DNA of 45,209 nucleotides from Myxococcota bacterium (GTDB lineage: Bacteria; Myxococcota_A; Polyangia; Polyangiales; Houyiibacteriaceae). The notes below the pieces were generated by a model. It did no database searches and was not told where the DNA came from. It saw only the letters and a program-made list of their open reading frames with translations. A program made the position numbers and the translations under genes. The DNA is taken from contig JBCCEA010000031.1 in the NCBI GenBank assembly GCA_039030515.1, positions 1 through 45,209 on the forward strand, given 5' to 3'. Shown here in pieces: positions 37,159 through 45,209 of this stretch (the first letter of the stretch is position 1; each line of letters opens with the position of its first letter).

Positions 37159-38094
37159 ATGCGGAAATCTACACCGGCTCCGCCCCTCTCTTTGAGATCG
37201 TCGTTCATGCTCGCCATAGCGCCTCTGAGACGCGTTTCACTCGCGCTGTTCGCCTGGAACCTGGGCATGCTGGCCTTTGTCCCGACCGTTGCGGCTTTTA
37301 CGCAGAGCGAATCGGAAGAAGGTGCCGGTCTTGAGTGGTTTCAACCCTGCGTGACGTACTCGATCGATTTCCGAGGTAGCGTCGACCTGTCGATGGAAAC
37401 CGTTCAGTTGATCGTCGAGGATTCCTTCAGAGCCTGGACCGAAGTTACCTGTGACGGAGTTTCTGTGGGCATCACCGCGGAGGAAAGTTCCGACAACGCA
37501 ACCTGTCAGAAAGCAGAGTTCAACTCCAGCGACGGCAACGTAAACACGATTGCGTTCATCGATAACTGGAGTGAGCTGGGCTACGACCCGGCCGCTTTTG
37601 CGTTGACCACGGTCTTTCACAACCGAAGATCCGGAGAAATCCTCGACGTCGATCTACAGGTTAACGAAAACTTAGGCCCCTACGCGATCTGTCCCGCGCC
37701 CGGAGGTTGCTCTCAGGAGTCTGACAGCGTCGATCTGCAAAATGTGATGACGCATGAAGTGGGTCATTTTTTCGGTCTAGGCCACTCGAACGTCATCTCG
37801 GCTTCGATGTATTTCGCCAGTCGTCGGGGAGAGATCGGCAAACGATTCTTGCGGGCAGACGATATCGCCGGACTCTGCTTCATCTACCGTGATGGATTCT
37901 CGAATGAATGCAATTTCTCCCCCCGCGGCGGACTAGACCTCGATTGTGAAGAAGAACCTGAGGGGGGAAGTGGTGGCGGCGGAGGTTGCTCCTGCGGCGT
38001 TGCTGGCGATTTCCCCGGGAGTTACGCATTGCTCCCGATCGCTGTTCTTGCTCTTCTCTTGCGACGACGACGGAGTATCCGAGGAATCCGCTAA
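37159..38094 (+). CDS. Matrixin (M10) family metalloprotease with MYXO-CTERM sorting signal
   Basis: HEVGHFFGLGH zinc motif, Met-turn ASMY, DDIAG, and C-terminal GGGCSC-TM-RRRR. Confidence 0.9.
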   Translation: MRKSTPAPPLSLRSSFMLAIAPLRRVSLALFAWNLGMLAFVPTVAAFTQSESEEGAGLEWFQPCVTYSIDFRGSVDLSMETVQLIVEDSFRAWTEVTCDGVSVGITAEESSDNATCQKAEFNSSDGNVNTIAFIDNWSELGYDPAAFALTTVFHNRRSGEILDVDLQVNENLGPYAICPAPGGCSQESDSVDLQNVMTHEVGHFFGLGHSNVISASMYFASRRGEIGKRFLRADDIAGLCFIYRDGFSNECNFSPRGGLDLDCEEEPEGGSGGGGGCSCGVAGDFPGSYALLPIAVLALLLRRRRSIRGIR

Positions 38095-38110
38095 TCGAAC
38101 CTACCGCGAC

Positions 38111-40555
38111 CTATTTCTGGAAAATGAACTGCATGCGGCGGTTTTGAGCTCGGTTTCTCGGGGTGATATTGGGGACCAATGGTCGGCTTTGGCCATATCC
38201 ACGTGCGCTGAGGCGAGTGGAAGGCACTCCCAGGTCGATGAGGCGTTGGCGTACGAGTTCTGCACGTTGCTCAGAAAGTCGCATGTTGCGCGCGGAATCT
38301 CCGGAATTGTCGGTGTGACTCTGAATCTCTAACGGGTCGAGTTCGGGGTTTGACAGCAGTACATGGGCGATTTCTTGCAGGATCGAGTCACTTGCGTCCG
38401 AGAGCTGAACGCCACCAGATTGGAATTGAATGCGCCCCCGAACCTGAAGTCCACGGGGTCGAATCTGCACCCGAGATCGACGAGGTACTGCCGCAAGAGT
38501 GATCTTGAGCTCGCGTTCGTTTCTTGATTGGATCTCAAAGGGCACGACCTGAGTCATGTAGCCCTCGGCTTCGAGCCGAATCCGATAGGATCCCGGTCGC
38601 AGTTGCTGGAGACGAAAGTGCCCGTCTGAATCCACCGAAACGCGCTGCGCCATACTGCCGATCAGCGCTGCATTGACATTGGCGATCGGCGATCCGGACT
38701 CCGAAACCACCGTTGCGTTGACCGCTCCCTCGCGAGGAAGCGCTACCAGAGCACATCGAACCTCGATCAGATGTTCGCCCTCTTCTAGCTCCTCGCTCGG
38801 AAGCGTGGCGGTACAGTTGCCCGGCTCATAATCAGGATGGGTGATCTGCATCGCCACCGCTCCCGGAGGGAACCGATAGCTCACGAAACTCCCGTCTGCA
38901 CCGGTTACTTGCCCGCTCAACTCGGGCACGTCGAAGTTCACGACCGCGTCTGAAACTGCGGTGCCCAGGCCCTGCTCCACCACCCGACCGCGGATGCGAC
39001 CCATGACGGGTGGAGGGCCGGGTACCTCGATCTCGCGTACCCGCTCGACCTGAACCGGGGGAGGGACCACCGGAGTTCGAGTGTCAAAGGCATAGGAAGC
39101 GGCCATCATGATCGTGTAGGGAGCGGTGCCGGAGAGCTCCCGCACAAAATCATCGGTGCCGGTCAAGCCGACATCAGCCCCCAAAGTGAAGCCCAGGCCT
39201 TTGACCGGAGGTGCGACCCTTAGCCCCAGCGTCAGGAACATCGGGAACGAGGAAATCCCGGAGCGATCGAGGCAGCCGTCGTCGGATGCGTCGCCAGGAA
39301 CGAAGAGGCAGTCGTAGCCTTGCCGGTTCACTGGAACGGACCAGCTCCATTCGACCAGTGGGCTCAGGAAAAAGTCATCCGTCACCTGTAGCGGAGCCTC
39401 AAAGCCCAGGGCGAGATTGAGAAAATCCGTTCGATTGATTCCGAGCGAGAAGCGCTCTACCCGTGTGACGAGATGCCTGGTCTCCTGCGCGATCGGCAAC
39501 GGATCCGTGAGGCCGTTGTATCTTTTGGATTCGACATCGTCGATCAGCGCCTCGGAGTTGTCGAAGTAGTACTGAACGTTGAAACGGCCGATCAAAGGGA
39601 TCGAGGTCGGTAACTCGCGAAGATCCGCTGAGAGGTTGCCCCGTAAACCGACGCTTGTGCTCTCAAAAACAAATCCGATATCGCCAACGGTATTCAGCAG
39701 TTCGAGCGACAGGTCTCCGCCCACCGTGAGAAAGGGCAAGACACGATAAAAGCCTTTGGCTCCAAAGCTTGCATCGCCAAGTACCTGGAAGAGCTCCGGA
39801 TCGCTTGTGGCGTTGGAATTCGCGTAGCTTTGAATGCTCGCAAAAACCTCAAGAACATCGAGAGGGGTCCAGCTCATCGAAAGTGAGCCGCCTACGTGTT
39901 CGTGATCGTCCCCGTTTTCAAGAAAATCGTTCGAGAAGAAGAATTCCGAGGCCAGCTGCACCCTCCAAGAGGATGTTGGTCCCGAACCTGCATCCACCAC
40001 CCGAATACCTCCCACGGGACCGTCATAGGTGTTGGTGGCGAGAAAACGATTCCTCCATCGCGTCTCTTCCCTGGTACGCGGTTTCTGTGGAACGCTCGCA
40101 GGCTGGCTCTGTGCGAATTCAACTGCTGCTTCGGTCGTCCCCTCGCTCGCATCGTCATCGACTGTGTCGTCCGTTGATGCAGGGGGGCGTGCGTCAACCT
40201 GGGCGGGAATATCAAAGGCTTCGCCCTCCAATTCTGAGTCGGCAGCGGCCTCCTCATCCATAGCGTCTCCGGCTAGTCCAGCAGGAACTACGCTGCGCTG
40301 GGAAGTTGACTCGATCGCATCATCGTCAAACTCGTCATCGAAGGCGTCGTCATCGAAGGCGTCGTCGTCGAAGGCGTCGTCGCGACGGTTTGTTGAAGGC
40401 GGAGGCGGAGCGGAGTCGTCGAACTCGTCATCAAATGCATCGTCAAACTGGGCAAAAGCAAACTCAGTGTGAGTGCTCAGCTCCAAACCCAGCAACAGTA
40501 CGAAGATAAGCCAAAGCCGCATCAACAGGTTTACGCGCATCCGAGAGCTCCTCAC
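38111..40555 (-). CDS. OmpA-family outer membrane protein with carboxypeptidase-regulatory-like domains
   Basis: Signal peptide, acidic repeats, amphipathic beta-strand region, two CarboxypepD_reg-like modules, and OmpA C-terminal HTDNSG..N..LSEQRA..GYG..P..NRR. Start may be 40522. Confidence 0.87.
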   Translation of the reverse strand: MRSSRMRVNLLMRLWLIFVLLLGLELSTHTEFAFAQFDDAFDDEFDDSAPPPPSTNRRDDAFDDDAFDDDAFDDEFDDDAIESTSQRSVVPAGLAGDAMDEEAAADSELEGEAFDIPAQVDARPPASTDDTVDDDASEGTTEAAVEFAQSQPASVPQKPRTREETRWRNRFLATNTYDGPVGGIRVVDAGSGPTSSWRVQLASEFFFSNDFLENGDDHEHVGGSLSMSWTPLDVLEVFASIQSYANSNATSDPELFQVLGDASFGAKGFYRVLPFLTVGGDLSLELLNTVGDIGFVFESTSVGLRGNLSADLRELPTSIPLIGRFNVQYYFDNSEALIDDVESKRYNGLTDPLPIAQETRHLVTRVERFSLGINRTDFLNLALGFEAPLQVTDDFFLSPLVEWSWSVPVNRQGYDCLFVPGDASDDGCLDRSGISSFPMFLTLGLRVAPPVKGLGFTLGADVGLTGTDDFVRELSGTAPYTIMMAASYAFDTRTPVVPPPVQVERVREIEVPGPPPVMGRIRGRVVEQGLGTAVSDAVVNFDVPELSGQVTGADGSFVSYRFPPGAVAMQITHPDYEPGNCTATLPSEELEEGEHLIEVRCALVALPREGAVNATVVSESGSPIANVNAALIGSMAQRVSVDSDGHFRLQQLRPGSYRIRLEAEGYMTQVVPFEIQSRNERELKITLAAVPRRSRVQIRPRGLQVRGRIQFQSGGVQLSDASDSILQEIAHVLLSNPELDPLEIQSHTDNSGDSARNMRLSEQRAELVRQRLIDLGVPSTRLSARGYGQSRPLVPNITPRNRAQNRRMQFIFQK
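40318..40448 (-). repeat. Coding repeats encoding FDDDA/FDDE units
   Basis: 15-bp GTCRTCGAAGGCGTC tandem units at ~40334-40378, within FDDAFDDEFDD...DDAFDDDAFDDDAFDDEFDDD. Confidence 0.8.
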
Positions 40556-40674
40556 CCGGAGTCGGTTCTCAAGGCTCGACAGAATACGAACTTTCTACAT
40601 CATTGCGCTGTGTTCGTCCATCTACGCGCTATGTTCATCCATCCGGATTGACCGAGATGCTCGATCGAGTTTTG

Positions 40675-40986
40675 CTATCGACTCGGTTCGTTGACCGTTA
40701 GCTGCACACTGCCGCTTGGCGGGATGACTACCGGTTGTCGAGTCCATGTAATTCCGTGTTCAGGCTCAAATCGCGCCGAGTATTGGCCCCCCTCCAACTC
40801 AATCGTACACGAGCCTTGACGCACCTCGCAGGAACGGACCGATCCCCCAGCTGATGGCTCGAGTACCAAACGACCGTCAGGTGCTTCACCGGTCGCGGTT
40901 TGAACCGACACGAGCACCTGTGCGTCCGCCTGAGCGACCGAGTTGGGGACCACAATAGCGAAGAGCAAGACCGCTGTGGCAGACAT
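40675..40986 (-). CDS. Small secreted beta-sandwich protein
   Basis: Signal-like ATAVLLFAIVVPNSVAQA, CEVRQGSC and GGQYSARF. Start uncertain. Confidence 0.55.
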   Translation of the reverse strand: MSATAVLLFAIVVPNSVAQADAQVLVSVQTATGEAPDGRLVLEPSAGGSVRSCEVRQGSCTIELEGGQYSARFEPEHGITWTRQPVVIPPSGSVQLTVNEPSR

Positions 40987-41050
40987 CCGAATTGGATGAC
41001 GCACGAATGAAATCGTTCGTGTGTACCCCTCGCGTGCCAACCGTTTGTCG

Positions 41051-42241
41051 TCAGGTTGCACTGTCTGCATCGATCCCGCCTGCATCGATCGTTTTCGGAC
41101 GAGGCGCTCGGTTCACCTGCAGTTCTGGATCGATCTCCGGTCGGGGAGGTTTGTCGGGAATGGGCAAGGCGCCTTGATGATCTATCAGATGATCAAAGAG
41201 CCCTGTGGACACGATAGTTTCTGAACGCTGGGAAGCTGCCGGATGCCAACTGGCGATTTTAGACGGACGACTCAGCATCCCGTCCAGGTGCACGTAGCCT
41301 TCGGGGGCGTGTCCCCCAGAGGATCCCCCTGCATCATAGGGTCGCATGCTGGGTGGACGCATCAAAGATGCGGATGCGGCTGCTGCGTCATCGGGCGTGC
41401 CACCGGCGGCCTCATCGGTCCCCACATCGGCAACCTCCAACTCACTCGAAACGACATTCCAGGCCGATTCGTTCGAATCCTCAAAATCACTTGTCGGCGT
41501 CGAAGGTTCGTCGATTTGTACGGAGACAGGAAGGTCCTGTCGCGAATCGACCTCCAGCGAGCTGGTTTGGGAGGCGTGATCCTCCGCATCAAAATCCCAA
41601 GGGCGCTCCATGGTTTGGGTTGACGTACCGTCGAACTCATCCTCGGAGGCTACCCGATGTGATTCGATCGCCGGAACGTACCCGAGGGCATCTTCTCCCG
41701 GGGTCTCGCCTGCGGTGGATGCCAAGATTTCGATTCCGCTGACCTGAGCCTGATTGCTGTCTGTCTGTAGATTCTCTCCAGCAAAAGTATCGTGCTCATG
41801 TCGGTCGTCATTGTCATCGGCGGGATACGAGTGCACGTCGCCAGTTTCGACGTGCACAAGCGATTCGTCGAAAGACGTCACGTCCTCCTCGATCGGATCT
41901 TCCCGGGCGGCCTCGGAGGCCGATGCTCCATGGCGAAGTGTTAAGATATGCTCAAAAACCAGCTGGCTCTGAGGGTCCATCTCGAGCTGTTCGAGTACGA
42001 TGTCGAAGCGTGCCTCGGCCACACGCTCGCTTCCCCCGTCGAAGGAAGCAGACGCGATCGCCCGGCCTCCGAGAGCGACCGTGTTGTCCGCGAGAACAAT
42101 CGCAAACGTGATCGAGGCTCCCTCATCAAGCGGCTCTGGGCCGTACAGGATCAACCGCTCGTCGTCGATCCGATCCGTGAGCCCTTCAGCCATTTCCGCA
42201 ACGTCTGTAAAACCGGTGAGCACCGTCAGTGTATCCGTCAT
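41051..42241 (-). CDS. Acidic low-complexity protein with a degenerate myxobacterial PilZ-like N-terminal domain
   Basis: EPLDEGASITFAIVLADNTVALGG...LEMDPQSQLVFEHIL pattern and a long D/E-rich linker. ATGA overlap with xseB. Confidence 0.6.
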   Translation of the reverse strand: MTDTLTVLTGFTDVAEMAEGLTDRIDDERLILYGPEPLDEGASITFAIVLADNTVALGGRAIASASFDGGSERVAEARFDIVLEQLEMDPQSQLVFEHILTLRHGASASEAAREDPIEEDVTSFDESLVHVETGDVHSYPADDNDDRHEHDTFAGENLQTDSNQAQVSGIEILASTAGETPGEDALGYVPAIESHRVASEDEFDGTSTQTMERPWDFDAEDHASQTSSLEVDSRQDLPVSVQIDEPSTPTSDFEDSNESAWNVVSSELEVADVGTDEAAGGTPDDAAAASASLMRPPSMRPYDAGGSSGGHAPEGYVHLDGMLSRPSKIASWHPAASQRSETIVSTGLFDHLIDHQGALPIPDKPPRPEIDPELQVNRAPRPKTIDAGGIDADSAT

Positions 42242-42507
42242 TCGCTCTCCAGCTCCTCGTCCAGGGCGGAATCCGGCTCGCTGCTCCCGTCGGCGAGCAA
42301 GACCTCCACTCGATGTTCTGCTTCCTCAAGTCGAGTAGCCCCCAAGCGGGCTAGGCGTATGCCGTTTTCGAACGCGCAAAGTGACTGTTCGAGAGGCATA
42401 TCCCCCGCTTCAAGACGTTCCACCACCGACTGGAGGCGATCCAGGATCTGCTCGAAGGGCGCGTCGTCGGAGGTTGGCTGTTCGGAGAAGTCGGAATGTT
42501 CGTTCAT
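42238..42507 (-). CDS. xseB: Exodeoxyribonuclease VII small subunit
   Basis: FEQILDRLQSVVERLEAGDMPLEQSLCAFENGIRLA....LEEAEHRV. ATG at 42507 overlaps the upstream TAA. Confidence 0.93.
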   Translation of the reverse strand: MNEHSDFSEQPTSDDAPFEQILDRLQSVVERLEAGDMPLEQSLCAFENGIRLARLGATRLEEAEHRVEVLLADGSSEPDSALDEELESE

Positions 42508-43178
42508 TAGAGCCCTATGCGAATCCGAAATACTGCTGAATGGTATACCAAACCCTGCATTTTTGCCCGAAGATATCCAAGTCCAGCGCCTATCCAAAAT
42601 GGGCCCGCTGTTCGGATCTCAGAGCCGGCCTCCAAACCTATTCCGTGAAAAAGATCGCTGACCGAGGAGTGAAATCGAGTGCCGATGAGAACGCCTCCGC
42701 CCCACGACACGTTGGCGTAGGCCATTACGCGCTCCACCACCAAACGTTGAATCCCGAAAACGACCTGGGCGCGCGCCAGCAGATCGTTACTCCCCAGTTG
42801 GTAGGACCTACTGCCGCCTTCGCCAAGGAGACTGAATCGAAGCCATCGATGGGAAAAGTGACCGCCGAAGGCAAGTGCATGCACGACCCCGGCTCCCGCT
42901 CCGTCACGCAAACGGTAGCGCACGTAGCCGAGTTCTACGCGAGGACCCAGCCAAGGACTGTTTGTTGCCTCGGAACGCGATCGCTCGGCGGTCGCAGGAT
43001 CCTCTGGGTGCACCGGTTCCTGGCCCGCGTCCCCCAACGCTTCGTCCTCTCGAGCTGTTCGCGTTAGCGCTGTTCGTGGATCGGAGAGTGCGTTACTCGA
43101 CTCCGCTAAAACTGGGTTCGGACAGAGTGAAGCGAGGGTAAGTACCCAAGGCCCGACGGTGAACGTCCGAAGTCGCAA
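42507..43178 (-). CDS. Hypothetical secreted protein, possible small beta-barrel
   Basis: Signal-like N-terminus and alternating G/hydrophobic strands, ending AVFRIRIGL. Confidence 0.6.
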   Translation of the reverse strand: MRLRTFTVGPWVLTLASLCPNPVLAESSNALSDPRTALTRTAREDEALGDAGQEPVHPEDPATAERSRSEATNSPWLGPRVELGYVRYRLRDGAGAGVVHALAFGGHFSHRWLRFSLLGEGGSRSYQLGSNDLLARAQVVFGIQRLVVERVMAYANVSWGGGVLIGTRFHSSVSDLFHGIGLEAGSEIRTAGPFWIGAGLGYLRAKMQGLVYHSAVFRIRIGL

Positions 43179-43179
43179 G

Positions 43180-43782
43180 CTACTCTTTCCCAGCCAAGTC
43201 CGGATCCTCTGGATCGACGCTGAGCGCCCGAAGCATTTTTGTCACCTCGCGCTCGTCGAGATCAGGCTTCGCCTCGAAGACTACCCGGACGACGCCTCCT
43301 CTTTCGCTGTCAAAATAGGCGCGGCGCAAAAAACGCATGTCGAGGTCTCTGAATGATAGGAACTCCGTTCCCTCGTTACCACCATCTGTGACGATCGGAC
43401 GTTGCGGAACCAGAATGGACTCCTCCGCCGCCGCGGTGCGTTCAGCTTGCGTGGCTCGATTCAATGCGTTTCCAGAGATCACCTCGGCTTGGCAGGTATA
43501 TTTCGGAGTGAATCCTGAATCCGGAGAGAAACGCTCTCCATCGGCGTCGATCTGGAGCAGTGTCCTGCCATCGTCTGACGAAACTAGGCTCCAAGGAGGA
43601 GCCAAATATCGCAGAATGTAGGCTCCGAGCGACATTCGAACCGTGACCTCGTCAAGTTCGGCGTAGGCGCGGGATGCTGGAGTGCCGCATCCAACGGAAA
43701 ACAAGGCGCCACAGATGAGACATACGCTCAAGGTCGGCCGGAGTGCATCTCGGGACGCAGGAGCATAGGTGCTCTGGACCAT
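43180..43782 (-). CDS. Hypothetical lipoprotein
   Basis: Hydrophobic stretch ending FSVGC, abutting the downstream gene. Start uncertain (ORF open to 43989). Confidence 0.6.
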   Translation of the reverse strand: MVQSTYAPASRDALRPTLSVCLICGALFSVGCGTPASRAYAELDEVTVRMSLGAYILRYLAPPWSLVSSDDGRTLLQIDADGERFSPDSGFTPKYTCQAEVISGNALNRATQAERTAAAEESILVPQRPIVTDGGNEGTEFLSFRDLDMRFLRRAYFDSERGGVVRVVFEAKPDLDEREVTKMLRALSVDPEDPDLAGKE

Positions 43783-44103
43783 GCTTCTCAAAACTCTCTT
43801 GCCAGCGCGAGCGCTCATCGAATTACAACCTCGAGATTCCTTCGCTCTAGCTCCAGCTGCCTGAAGACTGAACGGCACCACCCACGCTCTACTTGACCCG
43901 CCCCTAGGGTTGCTCCGCAGCCGGCCGAAGGTCAAGAACTCCGAGAAGCCTCGCAGGTCCCGTCGCCCGCCATGATCGACGCCTCTCATTCACAATGACT
44001 CACGCGCCTGTGCGGCATCGGTCTCAGAGGGACACCAGAGAGCCAGCGACAGACCCACGATTCGTTGCAGTGCTGCTTCGGACGCGGTAGAAGCCGTCTC
44101 GCC

Positions 44104-45018
44104 ATGACCGGAACGGTCGTCACTCCAGGAAACTACGACGGGGTCCATCTCGGTCATCAGGCACTGGTAAAACGCGCGCGAACTATCGCCGAGCGAACCG
44201 GTGCGGAGCCAGCTGCGATGTTCTTCGACCCCCGTCCAGTGGAAGTGCTCGCCAAGGAGCGAGCGCAACCCGCTCTCACGACGACCGAGCGCCGACGTGA
44301 ACTGCTCCTGCGCTCCGGAGCGTCCCAAGTCCTTGTCAAACGCTTTGATGAAGCCTTTGCTGCACTTTCCGCGGAAGCCTTTGTGCAGCAGATTCTCGTT
44401 GAGCAGCATCAAGCGGAAGCAGTGGTGGTGGGGCCTGACTTTCGTTTCGGCCAAAACCGAAGTGGTACGGTAGAGACACTCAAGAACCTTGGCGGTGTGT
44501 TTGGATTCAAAGTGGACGTGCTCAGTCCAGTGAATCTCGACCATCAGCGAATCTCATCGACCCTCGTGCGACAGAAGCTCCGAGAAGGCGATGTTGCGAC
44601 CGCGGCTTCCCTGCTGGGACACGTTCATGACATCGATGGCGAAGTGATCACCGGCGCGATGCGTGGAAGAACGATCGGATTTCCGACAGCAAATCTTCGA
44701 CTTCCTGAAGTGATGGTACCTGCAGACGGCGTATACGCCGTGGTGGCGCGCCTCATTGACGAATCCATCCTCCGACCCGGAATAGCCAATCTAGGTGTTC
44801 GACCGACCGTCGACGGTGGCCGCTCTTTCGAGGTTCACCTATTCGATTTTTCGGCAGAGATCTATGACCAAGTGCTGAGGGTTGGATTTGTGTCGCGTAT
44901 TCGCTCTGAAATTCAGTTTTCGGGTCTCGACGCACTGCGAAAACAGATAGTGCTCGACGTGCAGCAAGCGAGGCTGGACTTGGGGGTGGTGAGTCAGGAC
45001 TGGCTCCGATGGCTCTAG
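44104..45018 (+). CDS. ribF: Bifunctional riboflavin kinase/FAD synthetase
   Basis: GNYDGVHLGHQ, VVGPDFRFG, ISSTLVR, GRTIGFPTAN, GVYA, GVRPT and EVHLFDF motifs. Confidence 0.96.
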   Translation: MTGTVVTPGNYDGVHLGHQALVKRARTIAERTGAEPAAMFFDPRPVEVLAKERAQPALTTTERRRELLLRSGASQVLVKRFDEAFAALSAEAFVQQILVEQHQAEAVVVGPDFRFGQNRSGTVETLKNLGGVFGFKVDVLSPVNLDHQRISSTLVRQKLREGDVATAASLLGHVHDIDGEVITGAMRGRTIGFPTANLRLPEVMVPADGVYAVVARLIDESILRPGIANLGVRPTVDGGRSFEVHLFDFSAEIYDQVLRVGFVSRIRSEIQFSGLDALRKQIVLDVQQARLDLGVVSQDWLRWL

Positions 45019-45020
45019 CG

Positions 45021-45209
45021 CCCGCGGCCGCCCAGGCACGCCATAGAGCCGCTTACCTTCGATGCTCGTCGCTCAACGTACCAAGAAGTACGCCTTCGCT
45101 CCTGCGCTTCGAGGGCGCTGGCTCTCTGACATCCCTGGACGGCCGCGGGGGTTGCGACAAATGCACGCCATAGAGCCGCTTACCTTCGATGCTCGTCGCT
45201 CAACGTACC
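45021..45209. repeat. ~129-bp imperfect palindromic (REP/MITE-like) element plus the start of a second copy
   Basis: Outer arms 45021-45036 and 45134-45149 are 15/16 complementary, around a central CGTAC-N6-GTACG. A 47-bp exact direct repeat lies at 45036-45082 and 45163-45209. Confidence 0.85.

Noticed and set aside
37159..40555. traAB kin-recognition locus (MYXO-CTERM protein plus OmpA barrel)
   Set aside because: The genes are convergent, the MYXO-CTERM protein is a zinc protease, and the OmpA protein lacks thrombospondin type 3 repeats.
45036..45209. CRISPR repeat-spacer-repeat (47-bp repeat)
   Set aside because: Only two copies, and the 80-bp interval is the complementary arm of a palindrome rather than a spacer.

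Overview
A GC-rich bacterial segment. Its gene content points to Myxococcota, probably Polyangia-like (inference): a MYXO-CTERM protease, a TIGR04552 protein, an AglRQS-type motor and a PEGA-domain Ser/Thr kinase. Both ends run into repeats, so the window may be a whole contig. The first ~6 kb is a decayed accessory zone. It holds a dispersed and tandem GTACCCGGT(C/G)(A/C)GGTT repeat family, a 5' half tRNA, an APH-like kinase, a PAAR-like DUF4150 gene truncated at a repeat copy, a cytochrome c, a patatin, and IS4 and IS5 transposase remnants (the IS5 remnant is not in the ORF track). The middle is core-like: tex, an FAD oxidoreductase, an orphan receiver, an S55 peptidase with a beta-propeller partner, a lipoprotein, the kinase, TIGR04552, lon and a membrane HExxH protein. 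The right half has two head-to-head TolQ-TolR-TolR (AglRQS-like) operons, a TPAT-type TRAP transporter, rhodanese/MauE/matrixin genes, an OmpA-family protein, xseB and ribF. The three most notable observations: (1) the TIGR04552 protein carries recognisable RelA/SpoT synthetase motifs and is coupled to a small upstream membrane peptide; (2) two complete proton-motor triads are transcribed divergently from one intergenic region; (3) a repeat family brackets a 2-kb cassette and cuts a gene. All family calls come from motif recognition by eye, not from database searches.
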